Source of the DNA: Putridiphycobacter sp.
Lineage (GTDB): Bacteria > Bacteroidota > Bacteroidia > Flavobacteriales_D > Crocinitomicaceae
Length of the DNA stretch: 64,000 bases
Direction: 5' to 3'
NCBI GenBank assembly: GCA_965230485.1
Contig: CBDDLA010000001.1
Span: forward strand, 3,183,010-3,247,009
Shown: positions 19,450-29,493 of the stretch, in pieces
Numbering within the stretch: the stretch's first letter is position 1
Layout: the number at the start of each line of letters is the position of its first letter
Position numbers and translations under genes: made by a program
Notes under the pieces: generated by a model
Told to the model about the DNA's origin: nothing
What the model saw: the letters and a program-made list of their open reading frames with translations, nothing else
Database searches by the model: none

Positions 19450-20205
19450 ATGTGGCATCATTATCTTAAGAATCTATTAACATTTCATTCTAACTCTGAA
19501 GATTTATCTGAGAAAGAGACGAAATTAATGTCAATCGTTCATGGAAAAGTAAGTGCAATTGAAGATGATAAAATTAGACTCAGAGTTCATGAATTAAAAA
19601 AGAGTAAACGTATAATTAATGTTGAGGATTTTGGAGCTGGTTCGAAATATCAAAAAACAAATGAAAGGTTAGTTAGTGAAATAGCCAAGTATGCTAGTAT
19701 TCGTCCTAAATATGGTCAATTATTCGCATCAATTATCGAGGCATTTAAATTGAAGAAAGGTGTCGAATTTGGGACTTCTTTTGGAATAGGAACTTCGTAT
19801 CTTGCCTCTTTGGCCGAACATGTGATTACAATAGAAGGCTGTTCTGAAACAGCGAAAATTGCTCATGAAACATTCAAAACTGTCCGTTTAAACAATATTG
19901 ATTTAAGAATAGGGGAATTTTCTTTGTTTCTTGAAGAGCTTAAGCATGAATTGCATGAACCAACCTTTATATATATAGATGGAAATCATCAATACAAGCC
20001 AACTATCCAATACTTTAATTATTTTGAAGCTAATGCACATCAAAATTCTATTATGGTGTTTGATGATATTTATTGGAGTACTGAAATGAAAAAGGCTTGG
20101 TTTGAAATTAAGCAAAAACCTTATTTTTCAATTGATTTATATAAAGTAGGTATTGTGATGCTTAAAAGTAGATCAACACCTTTATCTATTAGACGTCGAA
20201 TCTAA
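19450..20205 (+). CDS. Class I SAM-dependent methyltransferase (O-methyltransferase-like)
   Basis: EFGTSFGIGT, ITIEG, YIDGNH and FDDIYWS. Confidence 0.85.
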   Translation: MWHHYLKNLLTFHSNSEDLSEKETKLMSIVHGKVSAIEDDKIRLRVHELKKSKRIINVEDFGAGSKYQKTNERLVSEIAKYASIRPKYGQLFASIIEAFKLKKGVEFGTSFGIGTSYLASLAEHVITIEGCSETAKIAHETFKTVRLNNIDLRIGEFSLFLEELKHELHEPTFIYIDGNHQYKPTIQYFNYFEANAHQNSIMVFDDIYWSTEMKKAWFEIKQKPYFSIDLYKVGIVMLKSRSTPLSIRRRI

Positions 20206-22859
20206 AACTCAGCAACTAATTTTAGATTTAATCTAAAACCAGCCAAGAAGTTAGGAATAGAATAGTACCTTCCATAAATATCCTGTAGCCAATTAAACGA
20301 TACAATGTTATTAAAATCTAATAGGTTAGTGGCGTTGAGGCTAGCGGATAATCTATTGATATGATTAAATACTTTTTTATTGGTAAATTTTGCTCTCGTG
20401 TCTTTAGTAATAATATCATAAATAATACCTAAGTCTGTTCTAAAATAGGCTTTACTCCGCAAAATATCCTGATATCTATTAAAAGTAGGCGGACCATAAG
20501 GAAGGGGTGTTCCAAATTGCATGTTTATCGCAAGTTTGAAGCTTTCGTAATTAGGGATTTTATCCTGAAAGAAAACGGAGAAAGTGATTAATTGTTCGGT
20601 TTGTCTAGGAATATAACCTGGAAATATTGTAGCGCTATCTACAACAGCGCTCGATCCAGCAACCACAACATTACCTGAATCATCATAATACTCAACATAA
20701 AAATCATCAAATAAATCTTCTTTTGTTTGAAGAATCCCCAATCTAAAGTGAGATTCAACTCCTTTTATAAATTCACCATTTATTTTGGCATCAAAACCAT
20801 AGGCAAAGGCAGTGGCATTATTTTTAGCATAATATCTTATTTTTACATTATCAATCTCGTATGGATTAATATCCCACATGTGTTTATAGTAAGTTTCAGC
20901 AACAATCTTAAATGGACGCCCCCACATTTGAACATACACATCCATTCCAAGCACATTATGCCACGATTTCTGGGCCAATACCTCAGGAACTACTTGCCCA
21001 AAAAGGTCTCGCATCTCTCTGTAAGCTGGTGGCTGAAAATAGAGGCCACTAGATAGTCTGAATTTAATATTTCTTCTGCTCACAATGCCTGAAGTGTCTA
21101 TTAAATAACTTCTTGGTGAGAAAGAAATATTGGCTCTTGGGGTCACCCATGGTTCTTTATTGAATACGCGATATCCCAGACGTGTTCCTACAGTTATGTT
21201 CCAACTAGATGGAGAATTCTTAACAGTATCAAGTTTCGTGATGTAAAACTTTCCTGAATCCGTTTTTACTTTTCGCTTAAGATTAACGGCCTTATCTATT
21301 CTTTTTACTCTACTAAATGTATATTGACCGTAGCTTGTAACGTTTGAATTATTGACTAAATTTTTAGTTTTAATCACATTGGTAATGGTTAAACCATCAT
21401 TATCGAGTGGAATGACGTAGCCACTTGAATCAATAATGTTCCACTCGCTTAGCTGATCATCATATCTTTCGTATCTGTAGTTAAGCCCCCATTTTAAACT
21501 AGAGTTTTTAAATATGCCGAATTTATCACTCTTTTTACTTGAGAATTTATAGACACCGTTGTGCGCTGTGTTTGAAATATAAACTAAAAGATTATTCCTA
21601 GCATGGTTAAGAAATCCACCAACGCCAACATTTTCAGTTGAATCTCCAAATTCTTCTTTTGATGGATCAGTTTCAAGCGAATTAATCCAGTATTCACCTA
21701 AAATGTCATAATTTTCATTTTCGTTTGAATAAAAGGTTGAAGTACTTACGTTTAAGTCTAAGTTTTTATTGACTTTCCACTGGTAACCTACCGCTCCAGT
21801 TACAGTTCTCAAATTAGATAGTTCCTGACCCTCATAAAATATTTTTAGTTGGAATGCTTCATTTACTGTTCCGAAACGGGTTGATTTGGTTTGTGGAAGA
21901 AACTTATAGTTATTACTCGCAAAATGCCCCAAAACAAATAATTTTTGATAGGAATCTTCGTTGTTATATACCGTGTAATAATTAACTAATGCTTGATAGT
22001 CAAAAAAGTTGGGGAAATAATCGCCTTTCGTAGGCAATGCATTTAATAGATATGCATTTGTTCTATAACGAGCACCAGTAATGAAGTTCCCTCTATTAGC
22101 TTTACCAAAAGTGTTCTCAACATGAAACTCTGCCCCCATTAAACTCAATTGAGCAGACCCCTTAAACTTAGTAGCTTCTTTGTATTGAACATCTAAAACC
22201 GAGGACAACTTGTCGCCGTAATTAGCATCAAATCCTCCAGCAGAAAAATAGATGTTTTCAACAAAGGCAGAATTAATAAAACTCAAACCTTCTTGCTGTC
22301 CTGATCTTGCCAATAAAGGTCTATAAATTTCAATACCATTAACATATATAAGATTCTCGTCAAAGTTTCCGCCACGAACGTTATAGTTTGACGTCAATTC
22401 ATTATTAGACGCAACACCTAAGCCAGTTAACTTTATATAATCTTCAAAATTTCCTGTGCTTGAAGGAATCAGACCAATTTCAGGAGGCTTAATTTTTTCT
22501 ATGTTTGAGCCTGGTGCTTTATCCTCAACCACTATTACCCCGAGATTCCTTTGCATATTCAACATCACAATTTCTCCAATATAACTCGAGAAAGGGTCAA
22601 CTGAGATTCTTTTTTTGGTTTGTTTATAAGTTGGAGCTGAAATGATTAAAGTATATGAATTATCTGATTTTAAACGTAGTTCAAACAACCCCTTCTTATT
22701 AGATGTGGTTATTAAGTTACTTTGAGCCACGGCAACCAATGCACCACTTATCACCTTTCCATCATCATCAACTACTTTTCCTGAAATTAAAATGTCTTGT
22801 CCTAAGGAAGCAACACCTTGAGCACAAAAAAGAATAATGATGAATAATTTTTTTAACAT
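20202..22859 (-). CDS. TonB-dependent receptor with an N-terminal carboxypeptidase-regulatory-like domain
   Basis: Signal peptide, plug motifs YNVRGGNFDENLIYVNG and SAGGFDA.YGDKLSSVLD, C-terminal F. Confidence 0.88.
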   Translation of the reverse strand: MLKKLFIIILFCAQGVASLGQDILISGKVVDDDGKVISGALVAVAQSNLITTSNKKGLFELRLKSDNSYTLIISAPTYKQTKKRISVDPFSSYIGEIVMLNMQRNLGVIVVEDKAPGSNIEKIKPPEIGLIPSSTGNFEDYIKLTGLGVASNNELTSNYNVRGGNFDENLIYVNGIEIYRPLLARSGQQEGLSFINSAFVENIYFSAGGFDANYGDKLSSVLDVQYKEATKFKGSAQLSLMGAEFHVENTFGKANRGNFITGARYRTNAYLLNALPTKGDYFPNFFDYQALVNYYTVYNNEDSYQKLFVLGHFASNNYKFLPQTKSTRFGTVNEAFQLKIFYEGQELSNLRTVTGAVGYQWKVNKNLDLNVSTSTFYSNENENYDILGEYWINSLETDPSKEEFGDSTENVGVGGFLNHARNNLLVYISNTAHNGVYKFSSKKSDKFGIFKNSSLKWGLNYRYERYDDQLSEWNIIDSSGYVIPLDNDGLTITNVIKTKNLVNNSNVTSYGQYTFSRVKRIDKAVNLKRKVKTDSGKFYITKLDTVKNSPSSWNITVGTRLGYRVFNKEPWVTPRANISFSPRSYLIDTSGIVSRRNIKFRLSSGLYFQPPAYREMRDLFGQVVPEVLAQKSWHNVLGMDVYVQMWGRPFKIVAETYYKHMWDINPYEIDNVKIRYYAKNNATAFAYGFDAKINGEFIKGVESHFRLGILQTKEDLFDDFYVEYYDDSGNVVVAGSSAVVDSATIFPGYIPRQTEQLITFSVFFQDKIPNYESFKLAINMQFGTPLPYGPPTFNRYQDILRSKAYFRTDLGIIYDIITKDTRAKFTNKKVFNHINRLSASLNATNLLDFNNIVSFNWLQDIYGRYYSIPNFLAGFRLNLKLVAEF

Positions 22860-22900
22860 TTAATAGCCTTGATGAAAGGTAAAACGGCAAAAATAGGATA

Positions 22901-24211
22901 TTATTCTAATATTTCTATCTTAAGAATTCTTTTGGTATCTTGAGTTAAGCAATACTTTTGATTGATGGTTTGATGGGCCAACCAAATTACTTCATTATTA
23001 TCAACAACAACTAACTGTTTTTCTTTTTCAAACTGGCTAAGTTTGGCATCAATTAATAAGTCAGAAATTAGTTTACTACCATTCATTCCATAAGGTTGGA
23101 TTTTCAGACCATGGAATTGATTTGTAAAGTGAATAGGAAGTGAAATTTTATCAAAATCTAAATAAGCGATTCTTCTTTCATACACCAATGGTATAGCTTC
23201 AGTAATGCTGCATTGAACAGATAATCCCCCAATATCTAGTGTGATGGGCAATTTATCAATACTAAAGTTGATTACACTTTTATTCGTACTATCCTTTATC
23301 AAAAGAAACGTTCTGTCTTTTAGGAAAACGAATTGATCATTTTTGAAAGTAGCACCAGTAGAAGAATGACATAACTTTTCTATTTCCGAAATATGCCTAC
23401 GCTGAATTCCGTATGGCCGTAATAGCCTATGCAAAATCGGACTTGGGAGGTTGATAAGTTCATTAATTTCTATTTTACGAATCCCTTTTGAATTACTAAT
23501 GAGCTTGGTTCTCAGGTTATCGGTATGAGATATTAAAAAATGTTCAATTGAGGTTAAATCGGATAGTAGATCATTCATTTTTTGCTGAAAATTTGAGCTA
23601 TTAGCTTCAATTTCTGGCAAAATAGAATGTCGAATTTTATTTCTTAAATACTTTTTACTTTTATTACTTTCATCTTCCCTAAACGGAACATTATGTGCTT
23701 GAGCATAGTTGGTAATTTCAGATTTAGAGTACTGTAAGAGAGGGCGAAATATTTTATCTCGTTGTTCTGGAATACCAGTTAACCCTTTTAAGCCAGTTCC
23801 TCTCATAATATTTAAGAAAAATGTTTCTATATTATCATTCAAGTGATGCCCTGTTAGTAAAACAGCATTCTTGTCATTATTTAAGAACGAATCAAACCAT
23901 TCATATCTTAATGCTCGTGCACATTCTTGAATGGTTAACTTTCTTTTCTCTACTTCCTTTAAAGTGTCAAATTGCTTTGATTTAAAAACTAAATTGTTTG
24001 ATTCACTGAACAATTTCACCAAATTTTCATCAAGGTCCGAAGCTTTGTCGCGAAGTTTAAAATTGCAGTGCAGAGCAATTGGTCTTAGGCCATTTTTATA
24101 GCATAGATGATAAAGTACCATTGAATCAATACCGCCACTGACAGCAACGTATACTTTCTTTTCGTCCAACTTTGGAATAAGTAGGTTGATATGATCGTTA
24201 AATTGATTCAT
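22901..24211 (-). CDS. tilS: tRNA(Ile)-lysidine synthase
   Basis: AVSGGIDSMVL, HCNF.LR, ARALRY, GHHLNDNIET and EDESN....YLRNKIRH. Confidence 0.96.
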   Translation of the reverse strand: MNQFNDHINLLIPKLDEKKVYVAVSGGIDSMVLYHLCYKNGLRPIALHCNFKLRDKASDLDENLVKLFSESNNLVFKSKQFDTLKEVEKRKLTIQECARALRYEWFDSFLNNDKNAVLLTGHHLNDNIETFFLNIMRGTGLKGLTGIPEQRDKIFRPLLQYSKSEITNYAQAHNVPFREDESNKSKKYLRNKIRHSILPEIEANSSNFQQKMNDLLSDLTSIEHFLISHTDNLRTKLISNSKGIRKIEINELINLPSPILHRLLRPYGIQRRHISEIEKLCHSSTGATFKNDQFVFLKDRTFLLIKDSTNKSVINFSIDKLPITLDIGGLSVQCSITEAIPLVYERRIAYLDFDKISLPIHFTNQFHGLKIQPYGMNGSKLISDLLIDAKLSQFEKEKQLVVVDNNEVIWLAHQTINQKYCLTQDTKRILKIEILE

Positions 24212-24232
24212 TAAAATATTTTAAATCGGTAC

Positions 24233-24260
24233 AAAAAACGCCTTGCATGACAAGGCGTTT
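24233..24260 (-). terminator. Intrinsic terminator after the OmpA gene
   Basis: AAACGCCTTG-catga-CAAGGCGTTT perfect stem with a U-tail on the minus strand. Confidence 0.88.
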
Positions 24261-24283
24261 CCAATTATTTAGCCAAATAGTAC

Positions 24284-25417
24284 TTAAAATTTAATAATAA
24301 ATTCTACCCTTCTATTTTTGGCTTTGCCTTCATCAGTATTATTATCTGCGGCTGGTTTGGTGTCGCCATAGCCTTTAGCGCTCAATCTTTCCTTTGCAAT
24401 TCCTTTACTATTGATATATGCCATTGCAGCATCTGCTCTCTTCTGAGATAATTCTAAATTAGCTTTAGGATCGCCAGTGTTATCAGTATGTCCTTCAACA
24501 CTGAGTTTATAGGTAGGGTTGTTTTTCATGACCTTAACAACACCATCTAATACGGCATAAGATTCCTCTTTTATGACTGCAGACCCAGTATTGAAAAATA
24601 AGCCCTTTCTGGCTTTTGTCATTACTTCAACGGATTGCTTGTAGTTTCTAGGACATCCTCCTTCTTCTTGAATTCCTGGAATTAGGGGGCATTTATCCTT
24701 TAAATCAGCAATACCATCACCGTCGGTATCAGGACATCCTCCAGTACTTCTTGACCCCTTGATATTCGGACATGTGTCGTCTTTGTCTTTGACCCCGTCT
24801 CCATCAGAATCTTTTCCGGAAGCAAAATTGTAACTAAATCCCACTGAATTATATAAGAATTGATCATCCCATTTTCCTTCAATTTTTCCATCAATTACAT
24901 CACTCACAAAATAGTTATAGTGTGTTTCTATACAAGCACTCCATTTTTCTGAAATATTAAATTTAATACCGATACCCATTGGTAGATTAAATTCTGCAAG
25001 AGGTGCCTCTTTTTCACCAGTTTCAATATCGGTAAAAATAGTAATGGCATCTCCAATACCTAAAAAAACGTATGGAGCAAATAGACTATTCTCTTTTAAT
25101 AAATAACCATTGTTAAATTTATATTTAGCGGCAATGTTAAAATCATACAATGCATTACTAAATGAATTCCTATCCAATACACCATGTCTTATTTTACCCA
25201 TCAGATCAAATGATGGGGTAACATATTTTGAGAGGTTTAAGCCAATTGAAGGATGGACGCCATCCGAAAATTTAAAAAACTCATTTCCTAAGTCTCCTTT
25301 GTATTCAATTGTACCTACTTGTAAACCAATTGCAATATCTTGTGTGCTATTCTGAGCAAAAAGACTACTAAATAATCCACCCAGTAATATGGCAATGATT
25401 AAAAAAGTATTTTTCAT
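24284..25417 (-). CDS. OmpA family protein (beta-barrel, TSP3-like Ca-binding repeats, OmpA_C domain)
   Basis: Signal peptide, DSDGDGVKDKDDTCP and DTDGDGIADLKDKCP repeats, EGHTD, LSQKRA, GYG.TKP and NRRVEF. Start at ATG 25417. Confidence 0.92.
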   Translation of the reverse strand: MKNTFLIIAILLGGLFSSLFAQNSTQDIAIGLQVGTIEYKGDLGNEFFKFSDGVHPSIGLNLSKYVTPSFDLMGKIRHGVLDRNSFSNALYDFNIAAKYKFNNGYLLKENSLFAPYVFLGIGDAITIFTDIETGEKEAPLAEFNLPMGIGIKFNISEKWSACIETHYNYFVSDVIDGKIEGKWDDQFLYNSVGFSYNFASGKDSDGDGVKDKDDTCPNIKGSRSTGGCPDTDGDGIADLKDKCPLIPGIQEEGGCPRNYKQSVEVMTKARKGLFFNTGSAVIKEESYAVLDGVVKVMKNNPTYKLSVEGHTDNTGDPKANLELSQKRADAAMAYINSKGIAKERLSAKGYGDTKPAADNNTDEGKAKNRRVEFIIKF

Positions 25418-25553
25418 AGTGTAATTAATTTCCAATATTGAACCAACAAAAATAACGGGATTTTAATAAATTCATAAAATTTTGAGGAATTTTAAGTTTT
25501 CAATAATTCCCGAATTTCGAAATTGAGAGCGTATAGATTAATTTTAGAGGATA

Positions 25554-26528
25554 TTAATCAAAAGACTGATTGACGTTGTTGGACATTTCAATTATTCTCT
25601 CAAAATCTTCAGGCGTTAAATCGGAATGAAAAAAATGAATAGGGTCAACTTTTTTCCCATTTTTGATCACTTCGTAATGAAGATGGGGTGCTGTAGATTT
25701 ACCAGTACTTCCAACATAGCCAATAATTTGACCACGTGCCACTTTTTGCCCTTGCTTGACGTTGAAGGCGTTAAGATGCGCGTATCTTGTTTTGTATCCA
25801 TAACCATGATTAATTACTATTGAATTACCATATCCCCACATCTTTCTTTCAATTAGTTCAACAACCCCATTACCTGTTGCCATAACATTTGTTCCAGTAG
25901 ATGCTGTAAAGTCAAGCCCTGTATGCATTCTTTGAGTATGGTAATGAGGATCAATACGAATTCCAAATCCTGAAGCAATCCGTTTAAGGTCCTTATTTGT
26001 TACCGGTTGAATAGCCGGAACGGCACCTAACATTTTCTCCTTTTCGGTTGCTAAGTCCTTTATTTCATCAAAAGAAACAGACTGAGCATATAGTCTTTTT
26101 TCAATTTCTTTTATTTTTTTAGCATTTTCGATTAATCTGTCAGATAATTCATGTCCTTCAAGATCCTTAAATTCTTCCGCTCCTCCTGTTCCCATTTTCC
26201 TCATTTCATTTGGAAACGGCTGTGCATTAAAAATAACACGATAGATAGCATTGTCCTTATTTTCAAGATCGTTTAAAACCATATCCATTAACTTAAGGCT
26301 TTCATTATGACTTTCAATTTTAGATCTTAAAAAATCATTTTCTAGCTCAAGCTTAGTCTCGTTAGGAGATTTTAACCAAAACGAAAACATAAATTGAAAA
26401 ACGAATCCTAGAAGTACTGCTGGAGCAATTACCAAAAGTGACCTTAATAGTTTTTCTCTGAAACTTGATTCTACTTTTTCGTAATCAAGCGACTCAGGAT
26501 TATACTTGTATTTTTGTCCTCTTGCCAT
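25554..26528 (-). CDS. M23 family metallopeptidase
   Basis: HTGLDF, YAHL and HLHYEV zinc-binding motifs, a coiled coil and an N-terminal TM. Confidence 0.93.
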   Translation of the reverse strand: MARGQKYKYNPESLDYEKVESSFREKLLRSLLVIAPAVLLGFVFQFMFSFWLKSPNETKLELENDFLRSKIESHNESLKLMDMVLNDLENKDNAIYRVIFNAQPFPNEMRKMGTGGAEEFKDLEGHELSDRLIENAKKIKEIEKRLYAQSVSFDEIKDLATEKEKMLGAVPAIQPVTNKDLKRIASGFGIRIDPHYHTQRMHTGLDFTASTGTNVMATGNGVVELIERKMWGYGNSIVINHGYGYKTRYAHLNAFNVKQGQKVARGQIIGYVGSTGKSTAPHLHYEVIKNGKKVDPIHFFHSDLTPEDFERIIEMSNNVNQSFD

Positions 26529-26540
26529 GCCATTTTAACA

Positions 26541-26549
26541 TTATCCACA
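26541..26549 (+). promoter_or_regulatory. Perfect DnaA box TTATCCACA
   Basis: Exact match to the canonical 9-mer, in the divergent M23/alaS intergenic region. Confidence 0.5.
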
Positions 26550-26693
26550 CATAAATATGGAATTGGACAGCAAAATTACGTCAATTAACATAAATTTGTA
26601 TCCTTTTATTGGAATTTAACAATTATTTAGCATTTATTGATTCAATTTAGTTGCTTAAATAATTGTTAAATAGGCTTTAAACAATTACGTATT

Positions 26694-29318
26694 ATGAATA
26701 CATCTGACATCCGTCAAACTTTTTTAGATTTTTTTGCTAATAAGCAGCATAAATTGGTATCCTCGGCCCCAATGGTGGTGAAAAATGATCCTACTCTAAT
26801 GTTTACTAATGCAGGAATGAACCAGTTTAAAGACTTCTTTTTGGGTTATAATGAGGCTAAAGATAAGCGGATTTCTAATACGCAAAAATGCTTAAGGGTT
26901 TCAGGCAAACATAACGATTTAGAAGAGGTGGGAGTGGATACATATCATCATACCATGTTCGAAATGCTGGGTAATTGGTCATTTGGTGATTACTTTAAGG
27001 CAGAAGCCATAGGATGGGCTTGGGAACTACTAACGGAGGTTTATAAAATAGATAAATCAAGATTATATGTTACCGTATTTGAAGGAGACCAGGAAGATGG
27101 CTTAGAAACGGACCAAGAATCAATAGCATTATGGGAAAAATGGATTGATAAGAATCGAATTATTTTGGCTTCAAAAAAAGATAATTTCTGGGAAATGGGG
27201 GAGACAGGTCCTTGCGGTCCCTGTTCAGAAATTCATGTAGACCTCAGATCAGATGATGAAAGAAGCCAACGTGATGGTAAGTCATTAGTCAATCAAGATC
27301 ACCCTCAAGTTATAGAAATTTGGAATCTGGTTTTTATGCAGTTCAATCGTAAAGCCGATAAGAGTTTAGAACCATTGCCAGCTACTCATGTCGATACGGG
27401 GATGGGACTTGAACGGTTGGCAATGGTTTTGCAAAATGTAACATCTAATTATGATACCGATCAATTTCAATACCTAATTAAACATATTGAAAAGATTTCA
27501 GGAATTAAGTATGGGGAGACTGAATCCAATGATATTGCCATGCGAGTGATTTCGGATCATATTCGTGCCATAGCATTTTCTATTACTGATGGTCAGCTCC
27601 CTTCTAATAATGGTGCAGGCTACGTAATAAGAAGAATCTTAAGAAGGGCAGTCAGGTATGGCTACCAAACTTTAGGACTCGAAGGTCCGTTTTTATATGA
27701 ATTAGTTGCTAAACTATCTGACATAATGGGTGAAGCTTTTCCTGAATTACGAAAGCAGCAGGAACTATTGTCCAAGGTTATTTTTGAAGAGGAATCAAGT
27801 TTTTTTAGAACCCTGGCACAGGGAATTAAAAAAATGGAGACAGTAATGAGTGAAGCAAAACAAAATAGTACAAAAGAAATTAGTGGTGCTGTTATGTTTG
27901 AACTTTATGACACATTTGGCTTTCCAATAGATTTGATAGGACTAATGGCTCGTGAAAATAAGTTATCGATAGATGAGAAAGGCTTTGAAAATGAATTGGC
28001 AAAACAAAAAGAAAGATCACGGTCTGCTACTCAAATTAAATCGGAAGATTGGATAATATTGAGAGAAGATGACATTGAAGAATTTGTAGGGTACGACCTG
28101 CTGGAAACAGACGTTGTTATTACCAAATATCGAAAAGTTCAACAAAAGAAAAAGTCTTTTTATCAATTGGTGTTTAATATCACACCTTTTTATGCAGAGG
28201 GCGGAGGACAAGTAGGAGATACAGGATTTATTGTTTCAGGAGATGATAAGATTATGATTTTTGACACTAAAAGGGAGAATAACCTTATCATCCATTTGTC
28301 GGAGCATTTACCTAAAAATATTGAAGCTAAGTTTAAAGCCGTTGTCAATAAGCCCAAGCGTGTTTTAACACAATCTAACCATACAGCTACCCATCTTTTG
28401 CACCACGTATTGCGAAATCAACTTGGGTCCCATGTAGAGCAAAAAGGATCATTAGTAAATGATAAGTATTTACGTTTTGATTTTTCACATTTTTCCAAGG
28501 TTACTGATGAAGAAATAACTGCTATTGAGAAGGAAGTGAATAGGTTGATTAAAGCCAATGAAAGCTTGAATGAGAAAAGAGCAGTGCCCATGGCAGTAGC
28601 CGACGAGATGGGAGCAATGGCCTTATTTGGTGAAAAATATGGTGATTTGGTTAGGGTGATTAAATTTGGTGATTCTGTTGAGCTTTGCGGTGGAACTCAT
28701 GTTAATGAAACCAGTCAGATAGGCCAGTTTAAAATTACGTCTGAAGCTTCAGTCGCTTCAGGAATTAGAAGGATTGAGGCCATTACCAACGAGGCAGCTG
28801 ACACTTACTACAAAATGAGAGCTAATCAATTTGATGAAATCGCGGCCATATTCAACAAACCAAAAAACCTGGTTCAATCTGTTGAAGATTTAGTTGCGAA
28901 AACTACTGTTTTGCAGAAGCAGATTGATGATTTATTAAAAGACAAAACTAATAGGGTAAAAAAAGAATTGATAAATAAAATTACTGAAAAAAATAATATC
29001 CATTTTCTTTCCGCAAAAGTTGATTTAGATACAAGTGCAATTAAAGATATAGCCTTTCAATTGAAATCACAGTTTAACAATTTTGTTGGCATATTTGGCG
29101 GAGAAACAAATGATAAAGCAAGTATCACTGTAATTATTGCAGATCATATTGCTCAAGCAAATGACTTAAATGCAGGTCAACTGGTTAAACAATCAGCCTC
29201 TATGATAAAAGGAGGAGGAGGAGGACAGCCCTTTTTTGCAACTGCAGGTGGTTCGGATCCATCAGGAATCAATGATGCTCTTGGGTTTTTAGAGAAGGAA
29301 ATATTTAAAGCTCTATAA
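26694..29318 (+). CDS. alaS: Alanine--tRNA ligase
   Basis: LMFTNAGMNQFK, HHTMFEMLGNWSFGDYFK, IWNLVFMQ, DTGMGLERL, HTATHLLH, ELCGGTH and GGGGG. TAAATTTG promoter at 26591-26598. Confidence 0.98.
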   Translation: MNTSDIRQTFLDFFANKQHKLVSSAPMVVKNDPTLMFTNAGMNQFKDFFLGYNEAKDKRISNTQKCLRVSGKHNDLEEVGVDTYHHTMFEMLGNWSFGDYFKAEAIGWAWELLTEVYKIDKSRLYVTVFEGDQEDGLETDQESIALWEKWIDKNRIILASKKDNFWEMGETGPCGPCSEIHVDLRSDDERSQRDGKSLVNQDHPQVIEIWNLVFMQFNRKADKSLEPLPATHVDTGMGLERLAMVLQNVTSNYDTDQFQYLIKHIEKISGIKYGETESNDIAMRVISDHIRAIAFSITDGQLPSNNGAGYVIRRILRRAVRYGYQTLGLEGPFLYELVAKLSDIMGEAFPELRKQQELLSKVIFEEESSFFRTLAQGIKKMETVMSEAKQNSTKEISGAVMFELYDTFGFPIDLIGLMARENKLSIDEKGFENELAKQKERSRSATQIKSEDWIILREDDIEEFVGYDLLETDVVITKYRKVQQKKKSFYQLVFNITPFYAEGGGQVGDTGFIVSGDDKIMIFDTKRENNLIIHLSEHLPKNIEAKFKAVVNKPKRVLTQSNHTATHLLHHVLRNQLGSHVEQKGSLVNDKYLRFDFSHFSKVTDEEITAIEKEVNRLIKANESLNEKRAVPMAVADEMGAMALFGEKYGDLVRVIKFGDSVELCGGTHVNETSQIGQFKITSEASVASGIRRIEAITNEAADTYYKMRANQFDEIAAIFNKPKNLVQSVEDLVAKTTVLQKQIDDLLKDKTNRVKKELINKITEKNNIHFLSAKVDLDTSAIKDIAFQLKSQFNNFVGIFGGETNDKASITVIIADHIAQANDLNAGQLVKQSASMIKGGGGGQPFFATAGGSDPSGINDALGFLEKEIFKAL

Positions 29319-29319
29319 A

Positions 29320-29475
29320 ATGAATCAAAAAACGAAAGACTTTGTCATTATCTCACTAGGAGTCGTTGCTCTTCTCATCCTTATTAAACTTATTTTTAAA
29401 GATTGGGGTTCAGCTTTAGTCACAGCATTAGTTTTTCTTATCGGTTACATAATAGGAAGGAAAAATTCTAATTAG
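29320..29475 (+). CDS. Small 51-aa two-helix membrane protein (missed by the ORF track)
   Basis: MNQKTKDFVIISLGVVALLILIKLIFKDWGSALVTALVFLIGYIIGRKNSN*. ATG lies 1 nt after the alaS stop. Confidence 0.7.
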   Translation: MNQKTKDFVIISLGVVALLILIKLIFKDWGSALVTALVFLIGYIIGRKNSN

Positions 29476-29493
29476 TCTCCTTTCTCTTATATT

